Positions 17,604 through 26,188 of a stretch of 64,000 nucleotides of DNA are shown here, in pieces; within the stretch, counting starts at the first letter, position 1, and each line of letters begins with the position of its first letter. The notes under the pieces were generated by a model. That model was given only the letters and a program-made list of their open reading frames with translations. It made no database searches and had not been told where the DNA came from. Position numbers and translations under genes: made by a program. Origin of the DNA: Stellaceae bacterium (GTDB lineage Bacteria; Pseudomonadota; Alphaproteobacteria; ATCC43930; CGMCC-115725); assembly GCA_035555315.1 (NCBI GenBank), contig DATMGU010000060.1, positions 74,612-138,611 of the forward strand, read 5' to 3'.

Positions 17604-18584
17604 ATGTCCGGCTTCGCCAGTACCAAGGATCTCGCCGACAAGACCATCTCGTTCGACGAACTGGGTCCCGGCCTCTACGGCTATACCGCCGAGGGCGATC
17701 CCAATTCCGGCATCGTGATCGGCGATGACAGCGTGCTGGTCGTCGATGCGCAGGCGACGCCGACCATGGCGCAGGACGTGATCGCGCGCATCCGCACGGT
17801 CACCGACAAGCCGGTCCGCCATGTGGTGCTGAGCCATTACCACGCGGTGCGCGTGCTCGGCGCGTCGGCTTACGGGCAGGCGCAGATCATCGCCTCCGAC
17901 GTCACCCGCGGCATGATCGTGGAGCGCGGCCAGCAGGATATGGACAGCGAGATCGGCCGCTTCCCGCGCCTGTTCCGCGGCAAGGAGAGCATCCCTGGCC
18001 TGACCTGGCCCGCCCTCACCTTCCATAAGAAAATGACGCTGTGGATGGGCAGGCGGGAGGTGCAGATCATCCATATCGGCCGCTCCCACACCGCCGGCGA
18101 TACGGTGGTCTGGCTGCCCAAGGAAAAGGTGCTGTATTCCGGCGACGTGGTCGAATTCGGCGCCACTCCCTATTGCGGCGACGCCCATTTCACCGATTGG
18201 CCGGCGACGCTGGCCGCCGTGAGGGCCCTGGGGGCGGAGAAACTGGTGCCGGGCCGCGGAAGGGCCCTGCTCAACCGCGCCGAATGCGAGGAGGCGATCG
18301 AAGGCACGCGCGCCTTCACCTCCGACCTTTTTGGCGCGGTGAAGACCGCTACCGCCAAGGGCGGCGAGCTCAAGGCGATCTATGACGAGGCGATGGCGAC
18401 GCTGCGCCCGAAATACGGGCATTGGGTCATCTTCGACCACTGCATGCCGTTCAACGTGACCCGCGCCTATGACGAAGCCAAGGGGCTCGACACACCGCGG
18501 ATCTGGACCGCCGAGCGCGACGTGGAAATGTGGAAGGCGCTGGAGCAGGGCGCCGGAGCGAAGTCCGGCGAGTTGGATCGGTAG
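17604..18584 (+). CDS. MBL-fold protein with degenerate metal-binding motifs
   Basis: The layout is MBL-like (VLVVDAQ ... SHYHAVRVLG ... GRSHTAGD ... SGDVV ... VPGRG). The start is taken at ATG 17604 (MSGFASTKDL). See the findings for the motif deviations. Confidence 0.8.
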   Translation: MSGFASTKDLADKTISFDELGPGLYGYTAEGDPNSGIVIGDDSVLVVDAQATPTMAQDVIARIRTVTDKPVRHVVLSHYHAVRVLGASAYGQAQIIASDVTRGMIVERGQQDMDSEIGRFPRLFRGKESIPGLTWPALTFHKKMTLWMGRREVQIIHIGRSHTAGDTVVWLPKEKVLYSGDVVEFGATPYCGDAHFTDWPATLAAVRALGAEKLVPGRGRALLNRAECEEAIEGTRAFTSDLFGAVKTATAKGGELKAIYDEAMATLRPKYGHWVIFDHCMPFNVTRAYDEAKGLDTPRIWTAERDVEMWKALEQGAGAKSGELDR

Positions 18585-18613
18585 GCGCCCAAGCCGGCCC
18601 TACATTTTATTCT

Positions 18614-18650
18614 CCATGACATCCGCCGCGCATCGTGGCGGATGTCATGG
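18614..18650. terminator. bidirectional intrinsic terminator candidate (14-bp perfect stem)
   Basis: The stem-loop is ccatgacatccgcc-gcgcatcgt-ggcggatgtcatgg, between the convergent MBL (+) and gcrA (-) genes. The flanking ttttattct gives a U-rich tail for the minus-strand transcript. Confidence 0.7.
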
Positions 18651-18663
18651 CTTCCTCGCGGTC

Positions 18664-19032
18664 TCAGCTGGCCGAGCTGCTCTTCGGCCGGACATAGGCG
18701 ACCGCCGCGTGATCGGCGCAATACGGCTTGCCGACGGTGGCGCTGGCGCCGCAGAAGTGGAAATCCTTGTCGCCCGGATGGCCGATCGGCCAGGAGCAAC
18801 TGGGGCCGCCCATATCCAGATATTTGGGCGGCAGCTTTTCGCGCGGCCGTTCCACGAACTTCAAGGGCGAGGGACGCGGCGTCAGCGACAGCCGATGTGC
18901 CTTGCCGACCACGGAATTCTTGGTGACGCCCAGGCGCCGGCCGATCTCGGCGGTCGACAGACCCTCCGACCACAACTTGCCAAGAGCATCGATCAGTTCC
19001 GGCGTCCAAACGCTTTCAATCACGACCTTCAC
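18664..19032 (-). CDS. gcrA: GcrA cell-cycle regulator
   Basis: The N-terminal DNA-binding module is WTPELIDALGKLWSEGLSTAEIGRRLGVTKNSVVGKAHRL. The C-terminal module is CSWPIGHPGDKDFHFCG...GKPYCADHAAVAY. Both are typical of GcrA, though the linker is short. Confidence 0.85.
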   Translation of the reverse strand: MKVVIESVWTPELIDALGKLWSEGLSTAEIGRRLGVTKNSVVGKAHRLSLTPRPSPLKFVERPREKLPPKYLDMGGPSCSWPIGHPGDKDFHFCGASATVGKPYCADHAAVAYVRPKSSSAS

Positions 19033-19243
19033 TCCATAAGGTAGCGGTTGGTTAATAAACTACCAAATATGGTACCACGTCGGCGCCCCGACGCAAGCCG
19101 ATTAGCCCACCCGCGCGGATAATTTTCGTGGGAGTAGGTAGCGGCGAGCGGATATCCAAATGCGGGGGCGGTGACGCGGCCGATCCCACGACGCGGGCAT
19201 AGGCACGCAAGTCGGCGCGATCTATACCTGGAGACGACCGGGA

Positions 19244-20311
19244 ATGAGCGGGCCGACCCAGCCGTTCTGCGTGGGAGCCGACCAGAAAGCAAACACCTTG
19301 GTAGAAAACCCGTCGATCGCGAAATCCTTTCAGGGCGCCAAGGTGATCATCACCGGCGGCCTCGGCTTCATCGGCTCGACCCTGGCGCGCCGCCTGGTGG
19401 CGCTGGGCGCCGACGTGCTGCTGGTCGACAGCCTGATTCCGGAATATGGCGGCAACCCATTCAACATCGACGGGCTGGCCGCCGAGGGGCCCGGGCGGGT
19501 GGCGGTCAACATCTCGGACATCCGCGACATCCATGGCCTCAGCCACCTGATCCGCGGCCGGGAGTATCTGTTCAACCTCGCCGGCCAGACCAGCCACCTT
19601 GATTCGATGAACGACCCGATCGCCGATCTGGAGATCAATTGCTCGGCGCAATTGGCGCTGCTGGAGGCTTGCCGGCGGATCAACCCGGACATCACGGTGG
19701 TCTATGCCAGCACAAGGCAGATCTACGGCCGGCCGGACAGCCTGCCGGTCGACGAGCGGCATCTGCTGCGCCCGGTCGATGTCAACGGCGTCAACAAGAT
19801 GGCCGGCGAGGCCTATCACATCCTGTATCATCAGGTTTACGGCATGCGCACCTCGGCGCTGCGCCTGACCAATACCTATGGCCCGCGCATGCGCATCAAG
19901 GATGCCCGGCAGACCTTCGTCGGCGTCTGGCTGCGGCTGGTGCTGGAAGGCAAGCCGTTCGACGTCTGGGGCGGCGAGCAACTGCGCGATTTCACCTTCG
20001 CCGACGACGCGGTCGAGGCGTTCCTGGCCGCCGCGACGACCGATGCCGCCGCCGGCCGGGCCTTCAACATCGGCGGCTTGGCGCCGATCAACCTCGCCGA
20101 TCTCGCCCGGACCCTGGTCGAGGCGCATGGCGGCGGCGATTTCCGGATCATGGAGTTCCCGGCCGAGCGCAAGCGCATCGATATCGGCGATTACTATGCC
20201 GATGACGGCCTGTTCCGCTCGATCACCGGCTGGCAGCCGACCGTACCGATCCATGAGGGGCTGAGCCGGTCGCTGGCGTTCTACCGCGAGCATCTCGCGC
20301 ATTATCTCTAA
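19244..20311 (+). CDS. NAD-dependent epimerase/dehydratase (nucleotide-sugar modifying SDR)
   Basis: Contains the Rossmann motif VIITGGLGFIGSTLARRL and an extended-SDR catalytic region (VNGVNKMAGEAY, i.e. YxxxK-type). The N-terminal 30 aa are unusually long, so the start is uncertain. Confidence 0.8.
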   Translation: MSGPTQPFCVGADQKANTLVENPSIAKSFQGAKVIITGGLGFIGSTLARRLVALGADVLLVDSLIPEYGGNPFNIDGLAAEGPGRVAVNISDIRDIHGLSHLIRGREYLFNLAGQTSHLDSMNDPIADLEINCSAQLALLEACRRINPDITVVYASTRQIYGRPDSLPVDERHLLRPVDVNGVNKMAGEAYHILYHQVYGMRTSALRLTNTYGPRMRIKDARQTFVGVWLRLVLEGKPFDVWGGEQLRDFTFADDAVEAFLAAATTDAAAGRAFNIGGLAPINLADLARTLVEAHGGGDFRIMEFPAERKRIDIGDYYADDGLFRSITGWQPTVPIHEGLSRSLAFYREHLAHYL

Positions 20312-20330
20312 AGCGAAACGAAAGCCGCCG

Positions 20331-21482
20331 ATGATGGACCCGACCTCCCTGCCGCCAATCCCGCAGACCGACCCCAAGGCGGGGTATCTGGCGCATAAGC
20401 CGGCGATCGATGCCGCCATCGCGCGGGTGCTGGCGAGCGGGTGGTATATCGGCGGCGCGGAGGTCGCCGGTTTCGAGGCCGGCTTCGCGGCGTTCGCCGG
20501 GCTGGACCACGCGATCGGCTGCGCCAACGGCACCGACGCGCTGGTGCTGGCGTTGCGCGGGTTGGGGATCGGCCGGGGCGACCGGGTCGCCACCGTGTCA
20601 CATACGGCGGTCGCCACGGTCGCCGCGATCGAACTCGCCGGGGCGGAGCCGGTGCTGGTGGATATCGATCCCGCCACCTACACCCTGGACCCGGCCTCGC
20701 TGGCCCGGACCCTGGCCGCCCTCCCCGGCATCCGCGCGGTCATCCCGGTGCATCTCTACGGCCACCCGGCGGACCTGCCGGCGATCCTGGAACTCGCCCG
20801 CGCGCATGATCTGAAGGTGATCGAGGATTGCAGCCAGAGCCATGGCGCCATGCTCGACGGCAGGATGACCGGCGGGTTCGGCGACGTCGCCTGCTTCAGC
20901 CTCTACCCGACCAAGAATCTGGGCGCGCTGGGCGATGGCGGCGTGCTGGCGACCAAGGATCCGGTGCTGGCCGAGCGTATCCGGGCGCTCTGCGAATATG
21001 GCTGGCGCGAGCGCTATATCAGCGACATCGCCGGGCTGAACAGCCGGCTGGACCCGATCCAGGCCGCCATCCTCAGCGCCAAGCTGCCGCATCTGGCAGC
21101 CGACAACGCCCGGCGCCGGGCGATCGCCGAGCGCTACGACCGGGGCCTCGCCGGCCTCACCCCCGCGCTGACGCTGCCGGTCCGCCGGCCGGGTGCCGTG
21201 CCGGTCTATCACCAATATGTGGTCCGCCACGCGGATCGCGACGCGCTGCGCCAGGCGCTCGGCCGCCAGGGTATCGGCACCAACATCCACTACCCGATGC
21301 CGGTCCATCTGCAGCCGGCCTATCAGGGCCGGATCGTTTTGGATCCGAAAGGACTACCGGAAACCGAACGCGCCGCGACCGCGATCCTCAGCCTGCCGAT
21401 GTATCCGGGCCTGGCCGACGACCAAGTCGATCGGGTCGTGGTAGCGCTGCGGGAGAGTATGGCCGTGGCACGGGTGGCATAA
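20331..21482 (+). CDS. DegT/DnrJ/EryC1/StrS family sugar aminotransferase (ArnB-like)
   Basis: 383 aa. The motifs GTDALVLAL, DCSQSHGA and SLYPTKNLGALGDGG (PLP lysine context) are typical of the DegT family. Confidence 0.85.
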   Translation: MMDPTSLPPIPQTDPKAGYLAHKPAIDAAIARVLASGWYIGGAEVAGFEAGFAAFAGLDHAIGCANGTDALVLALRGLGIGRGDRVATVSHTAVATVAAIELAGAEPVLVDIDPATYTLDPASLARTLAALPGIRAVIPVHLYGHPADLPAILELARAHDLKVIEDCSQSHGAMLDGRMTGGFGDVACFSLYPTKNLGALGDGGVLATKDPVLAERIRALCEYGWRERYISDIAGLNSRLDPIQAAILSAKLPHLAADNARRRAIAERYDRGLAGLTPALTLPVRRPGAVPVYHQYVVRHADRDALRQALGRQGIGTNIHYPMPVHLQPAYQGRIVLDPKGLPETERAATAILSLPMYPGLADDQVDRVVVALRESMAVARVA

Positions 21483-21522
21483 CGGGATCGCACGGGGGTG
21501 GATTTCAGCCGCCATGGTGGTG

Positions 21523-21912
21523 TCACGCCGCCGATTTGAGATCCGTCTGGCTGAAATCATTTCCCTTGAACAATAGCGGTTCGTCTGTCGCCTTTGCCAA
21601 GGCATAGGAGAAGCAGTCGCCGAAGTTCAGCCCCGCCTTGTGGCGGCCTTGGCCGTAGTCAAGAAACGCCTGCCGTGCCAGGTGGCCATGCTCGACCGTC
21701 ACCGGCTCGATGATGATGCCGGTGCGCCGGAACAACACATCGATTTGCCGTTCGGCTTCGGGACCTAGCTGGCGTTCGACAACCATGGACAGTTCGACGA
21801 AGTTCGCGACGCTGATCCGGCAGGAAGCGGCGTCATGAATACATCGCGCGAAATTCGCACGCTCCGGCTCACCGTAAAGGATGGCGACCAGGGCGGAGGT
21901 GTCTAGGATCAT
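21523..21912 (-). CDS. vapC: type II toxin VapC (PIN-domain ribonuclease)
   Basis: PIN acidic residues sit at the expected spacing (MILDTSAL, VELSMV, FGDCFSYALA, GNDFSQTD). There is a 4-nt overlap with the upstream antitoxin gene. Confidence 0.9.
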   Translation of the reverse strand: MILDTSALVAILYGEPERANFARCIHDAASCRISVANFVELSMVVERQLGPEAERQIDVLFRRTGIIIEPVTVEHGHLARQAFLDYGQGRHKAGLNFGDCFSYALAKATDEPLLFKGNDFSQTDLKSAA

Positions 21913-22157
21913 TTAGGAAGACCGTTCTCGTCATACAGCAGGGCGCCGTGGTCGAGATACGGTCCTTTGACATGCGCGGAGACACGATCCGCGATCGCCA
22001 GAATTTCCTCGACGCTAGCCCTGCCTTTTCGGCTTTCGAGCTTGGCATGGCGTTCGCGCAGGGCCTCCATGACCACATGGGTCATGGTCTCGCCTGTGGC
22101 TTGGGCGATGGCACGTGCCAGTCGATGCGCCTCAGGGTCTTTGATATTGAGACTCAT
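21909..22157 (-). CDS. vapB: type II antitoxin VapB
   Basis: 82 aa from the ATG at 22157 (MSLNIKDPEAHRLARAIAQATGETMTHVVMEALRE), typical of VapB-type antitoxins paired with VapC. An AT-rich promoter region with a palindrome lies upstream. Confidence 0.8.
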   Translation of the reverse strand: MSLNIKDPEAHRLARAIAQATGETMTHVVMEALRERHAKLESRKGRASVEEILAIADRVSAHVKGPYLDHGALLYDENGLPK

Positions 22158-22186
22158 GACCACACCCTTTTTCTGTAAAGAAAGAT

Positions 22187-22200
22187 AATAGTCTACTATT
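22187..22200. promoter_or_regulatory. palindrome AATAGT-CT-ACTATT in the vapB promoter region (candidate VapB operator)
   Basis: Read directly. It lies 30-43 nt upstream of the vapB ATG (22157), in an AT-rich stretch. Confidence 0.45.
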
Positions 22201-22254
22201 CTACCAAAAAAGTCGAGGCTCGCCAATCTGCGCGTCAGCCACGGCGAGCGAGCG

Positions 22255-22596
22255 CTACGCCCGGAACAGCACGAAGATCCCGCCGGTGATCAGCAGGATG
22301 CCGGCGGCCTGTTGCCAGCCGAGCGGCTCGTTCCACAGCAAATGGGCGATGATCGCCAGGATACCGTAGCTGATCGACACACTGGGATAGGCGAGCGAGA
22401 CCGGCAGTTTCTTGATCGCCAGGATATAGGTGATGGCGGACAGGAAATAGATGCCGAAGCCGCAGATGGTCCAGGGATTGAGGAACTGCGCCAGCCCGTC
22501 GCCGGAGGTCTGGGCACCAGTTTTGAGGACGACCTGCCCCAGCACCCCGAACAGGATGGCAAGGCCGAGAAAGCCGTAGGAACCAACCACGGGCAT
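22255..22596 (-). CDS. small EamA/SMR-like membrane protein (ArnE/ArnF-like flippase subunit candidate)
   Basis: About 113 aa from the ATG at 22596, with four predicted TM helices. The sequence GLAILFGVLGQVVLKTGA ... GILLITGGIFVLF resembles Arn flippase subunits. It lies 7 nt downstream of the GT2 gene. Confidence 0.65.
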   Translation of the reverse strand: MPVVGSYGFLGLAILFGVLGQVVLKTGAQTSGDGLAQFLNPWTICGFGIYFLSAITYILAIKKLPVSLAYPSVSISYGILAIIAHLLWNEPLGWQQAAGILLITGGIFVLFRA

Positions 22597-22603
22597 GCCC
22601 GGC

Positions 22604-23665
22604 TCAGCGACGGCTGGCGCTGCGCGGGACCACGAGCTTTGGGGTCGGCAGCTCGGTGGTCTCGGCGCCGCCGGCATCCGCGTCGCCGTCTTTCGACCGG
22701 GTGACGTCGCGCACGATGAATTGCGGCTTGCGGTTGGCGGTCAGGAACAGCCGGCCGAGATATTCGCCGACGATGCCGAGGATCAGCAGCTGCACGCCCG
22801 AGAGCAGCAGCACCGCCGCCATGATCGAGCCCCAGCCCGGCGGCGTATCGAAGAACAACGCCTCGAAGATCACCAGTACGACGCCGATCGTCCCAAGCGC
22901 GCTCAACCCCATGCCGCCCAGCGTGCTCATGCGCAGCGGCATGACCGAGAAGTTGACGAACATGTTCATCCACAGCCGGACCAGCCGCCGCATGGTGTAG
23001 TTGCTGTCGCCCCGAGCGCGCGGCAGGTGCTTGACCAGGATCCGATCGAGATTCTGGGTGACCTGCAGGATCAAGCCGTCGATATAGGAGAAGGGCCCGT
23101 CATAGCGGATGATCCGGCTGACGACGAAGGCGTTCATACAGCGGAAGCTGGAGAGATACAGCCCCTTGGGCTTGTCAAGCACGAAATCCGCGACGCGGTT
23201 GGTGAAGCGGCTGCCGAGATTGCGCCAGCCGGCATGTTCCTTGACGTCGTAATAGGTATAGACGACGTCGCGCCCGGTGCTCTGGGCGTAGTTCAGCAAC
23301 CGCACGACCTCCTCGGGCGGGTTCTGCAGATCGTCGTCCATGGTGATGACATGGGCGCCGCGCGTGTGGTGCAGCCCCGCCATCACCGCGTTGTGCTCGC
23401 CGTAATTGCGCGACAAGTTGATGACCGTGATCGGGATGGCGGCCTTGTCGATAAGCCCGCGGCACACCTCGAGGCTGTTATCGGGGCTGCCATCGACGAC
23501 CAGCACGATCTCGTGGCCACCCGGCACCGCCAGGGTTTCCAGCGCCGCCACCAGCGTGCCGACGGATTCCGCCCCGTTATAGACCGGCACCACGATGCTG
23601 AGCGCCAAGGTCGGCTCAGGACGCAGCGTCACCGTTTCGGATCCGTATGGATCGAAGTCAAGCAT
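22604..23665 (-). CDS. GT2 polyprenyl-phosphate glycosyltransferase (ArnC/GtrB-like)
   Basis: Contains SIVVPVYNG, VVDGSPDNS and the DxD-like MDDDLQNPPEE, plus two C-terminal TM helices (GVQLLILGIVGEYLGRLF). The start is taken at ATG 23665 (MLDFDPYG). Confidence 0.85.
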   Translation of the reverse strand: MLDFDPYGSETVTLRPEPTLALSIVVPVYNGAESVGTLVAALETLAVPGGHEIVLVVDGSPDNSLEVCRGLIDKAAIPITVINLSRNYGEHNAVMAGLHHTRGAHVITMDDDLQNPPEEVVRLLNYAQSTGRDVVYTYYDVKEHAGWRNLGSRFTNRVADFVLDKPKGLYLSSFRCMNAFVVSRIIRYDGPFSYIDGLILQVTQNLDRILVKHLPRARGDSNYTMRRLVRLWMNMFVNFSVMPLRMSTLGGMGLSALGTIGVVLVIFEALFFDTPPGWGSIMAAVLLLSGVQLLILGIVGEYLGRLFLTANRKPQFIVRDVTRSKDGDADAGGAETTELPTPKLVVPRSASRR

Positions 23666-23673
23666 GTTTCGAC

Positions 23674-24414
23674 TCACCCATGTTTCACCGCCGCCGCGAG
23701 AACCGAACCGCCAAAGGGGAGCAGGAAGCCGTGCGCGATCAACCCGGCCTCGATCCGCATGACGCCGCGGCACAGCCATTCGATGGGCGCCGGAAACGGC
23801 ATCACGTCGCTCTGCTCGCCGGTGCGCGCCAGCAGCTTGCGGCGCAGCACCATTAGTGGAAACAACAGCGTGTTCCAATATCCGATCCGCATATCGCTGA
23901 AACCCGCCTCACTGAGCAGCGCCCGGACCCGGCGGCCGGTATAGCGCCGCGCGGTATGGACGGCGCGATCATGCGCCGAGGTCATCCAGTCATAGGCCGG
24001 CAGGTTCAGCAGCAGGACGCCGCCGGGACGCAGGCAGCGATGGAAACCCGCCAGCGCCGCGGCCTCGTCGACGCTGCGGTGGCACAGCACATCGGCGCTG
24101 AAGATCGCGGCCAGCGAGGCATCGGCGAACGGCACTTGATTGATCGAGCCGACACAGACCGGCCTGGCGCTCTTCACCGCGGCGAGCGCGCAGGCCTCGG
24201 GCTCGAAATCCATGCCGACCACCTCGCCGGTGGGCAAGGCGGCACTGAGCCTGCGCATGAAGCCGCCGGTACCGCAGCCGGCGTCGAGCACACGACCCGC
24301 CGCGCCCCCCCCGATTTGGCGCCGGTAATGGGCGAGCAAATTGGCGTGGAGGCCGTGGTACCACCACATACGCTCCTCCACGGCATGCATCTTCTGATAT
24401 TCGGCGCGGTCCAT
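23674..24414 (-). CDS. class I SAM-dependent methyltransferase
   Basis: 246 aa. SAM-binding motif I is present (VLDAGCGTGGF), and a post-I acidic residue is seen in VVGMDFEPEA. Confidence 0.8.
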   Translation of the reverse strand: MDRAEYQKMHAVEERMWWYHGLHANLLAHYRRQIGGGAAGRVLDAGCGTGGFMRRLSAALPTGEVVGMDFEPEACALAAVKSARPVCVGSINQVPFADASLAAIFSADVLCHRSVDEAAALAGFHRCLRPGGVLLLNLPAYDWMTSAHDRAVHTARRYTGRRVRALLSEAGFSDMRIGYWNTLLFPLMVLRRKLLARTGEQSDVMPFPAPIEWLCRGVMRIEAGLIAHGFLLPFGGSVLAAAVKHG

Positions 24415-24463
24415 GGGCCGTTTCTCCGGCGAAGTCGGCGGATCCGGTGATCGGCGGGGGCGC

Positions 24464-26188
24464 CTAAGGCGCCGCCGCGGTCACCGGCGCCGCACGGACC
24501 GGTGGCGGGGTATGCGAGATCATGCCGCGCCGATCGAGCACAACCGACAGCAACGCACCCATCTTCTCGACGCGATAGATCTCGCGGCCGGGCAGGGTCT
24601 TGTTGCAATCATCCTTGGTGAAGGCGATGAAGAAATCCGCCGTCTCGCGGTTCTCGGTAAACACGAAATTGCTGGGGAAGAAATAATCGGCTGAGATCGG
24701 CGGGCCGCAGACCGCGACCGTGAAGTCGCGATCCTCGAAATCGGCGCCGTATTGGGTCTGCAGAAAATCGCTCAAGCCGCCCACCGCCTCGGCATAGGAA
24801 TTCGCCCAGTAATCGGTCTTGAACAAGCCATCGGCACCTTTCACGCCGCCGATGAAGCCGTTGTAGTAGACGTATTCGTCGGGATGCAGCATGCCCATGA
24901 TCGCCAAATGGCCGAGGCCATAGACGGCGAGCACCGCCATCACCGCCCGGCGCCAGCGGAAATTCCTCAAGCGCTCGATCAGGTTTTCACCGATCAGGGC
25001 GGCACCGATCGCCATCGGCGGCAGCACGAAGATGAAGTGGCGCATGCCGTCGAACAGCACCGCCTTGATGACCACCGCGTAGGCGACCGGGAACAGGGCC
25101 GCCAGGGCGATCACGCCATATTGCAGGCTGCGCGTCCGGTCGGGACCACCCGGCCGCCGCAGCTCGATCACGAAGGCCGCCGGAAGCGCCGTCGCCGCCA
25201 ACAGCAGGGTCAATTCCGGCAAGGCCAGCAGGATATGCGTCGGCAGATAAGCCCAGGGCAGATCCGTCGCCGGGAAATAATACCCGGCGAACAGCGTGCT
25301 GAACGGGAAGGTGACGTGGGAGAAGTAGTCCAGTGTCTGCAACGGGTGATCGATCGGATCCTGTTGCGCCCAGGGCCAGAACAGCAGCATCACCGGATAG
25401 GCCACCAGCAGCATCAGCGGCATCACCCGCAGGCCGGCCACCCAGCCCGCCGTGATGAACCCGCCGATCCGCCTGGTCTCGACACCGCGCCAGACGGCGA
25501 AAGCCCCGACCACCACGCCGACATAGGCGAGCAACAGCAACCCGCCGACGCGCACGCCCAGCGACATGCCGACCGCGATGCCCAGCTTCAGCACCAGCGA
25601 CCAGCTGGGCCGTGGCAGGGCCGGAATGATGCGGACGGTGTAGTAGAGCGACCAGATCGCGCCGACCGCGAAGGGAATGTCCTTCGGGTTGTTGAACATC
25701 TGGCCGTAGTAGTTGGGGATCGTCACCAGTAGGACCGCGGCGATGAAGCCGGCGCGCGGCCCGGCCATGAACCGGGCGAGCTTCCAGGTGCCGACCAGGC
25801 CCAGCACGCCGACCAGCCCGTTCAGCAGGTGACGCGTCTCATAGGTGCCGAACGGCGAGATGCGGTTGACCGCCGCCGCGATCATGTCGAAGGCGGCGCC
25901 ATAATTATAGAGGTTGAGCCAGGTCAGCGCCCGGCTGTCCTTGAACCAGGAGACGTAATAATCGAGGACGAAGACGCCGTACCAGTTATGGACGTCCTCG
26001 TCCCAGGTGATGCCGTATTGCCGGAAAGTCAGGATGACCAGCAGGATCACCGCGCCGAACAGGCCGAAGGTCGCATGGTCCCAAGTGAGCCGTCGCGGCA
26101 GCAGATGCGGGCCGGCGCCGCGGCGCGTCACCTCGCCGTAATCGATCGCGGTCATCGGGCGCTCCCGCCCAAAGAAGGGCCGGCGCAT
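24464..26188 (-). CDS. GT39/GT83-like membrane glycosyltransferase (ArnT/PMT-like)
   Basis: Large polytopic protein. An early periplasmic-loop motif (GITWDEDVHNWYG) is followed by many TM helices. The start is uncertain: ATG 26188 or 26155 is preferred to the ORF-track start at 26347. Confidence 0.7.
   Translation of the reverse strand: MRRPFFGRERPMTAIDYGEVTRRGAGPHLLPRRLTWDHATFGLFGAVILLVILTFRQYGITWDEDVHNWYGVFVLDYYVSWFKDSRALTWLNLYNYGAAFDMIAAAVNRISPFGTYETRHLLNGLVGVLGLVGTWKLARFMAGPRAGFIAAVLLVTIPNYYGQMFNNPKDIPFAVGAIWSLYYTVRIIPALPRPSWSLVLKLGIAVGMSLGVRVGGLLLLAYVGVVVGAFAVWRGVETRRIGGFITAGWVAGLRVMPLMLLVAYPVMLLFWPWAQQDPIDHPLQTLDYFSHVTFPFSTLFAGYYFPATDLPWAYLPTHILLALPELTLLLAATALPAAFVIELRRPGGPDRTRSLQYGVIALAALFPVAYAVVIKAVLFDGMRHFIFVLPPMAIGAALIGENLIERLRNFRWRRAVMAVLAVYGLGHLAIMGMLHPDEYVYYNGFIGGVKGADGLFKTDYWANSYAEAVGGLSDFLQTQYGADFEDRDFTVAVCGPPISADYFFPSNFVFTENRETADFFIAFTKDDCNKTLPGREIYRVEKMGALLSVVLDRRGMISHTPPPVRAAPVTAAAP

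Noticed and set aside
19052-20677. 541-aa minus-strand ORF
   Set aside because: It is antisense to the epimerase/dehydratase and the start of the DegT aminotransferase, both of which have clear motifs. It has no domains of its own.
21501-21558. 10-bp inverted repeat gatttcagcc ... ggctgaaatc spanning the vapC stop
   Set aside because: It was considered as a terminal inverted repeat of a mobile element or as a terminator. The loop is 38 nt, no matching copy exists on the vapB side, and one arm is inside the vapC coding sequence. It is probably fortuitous.
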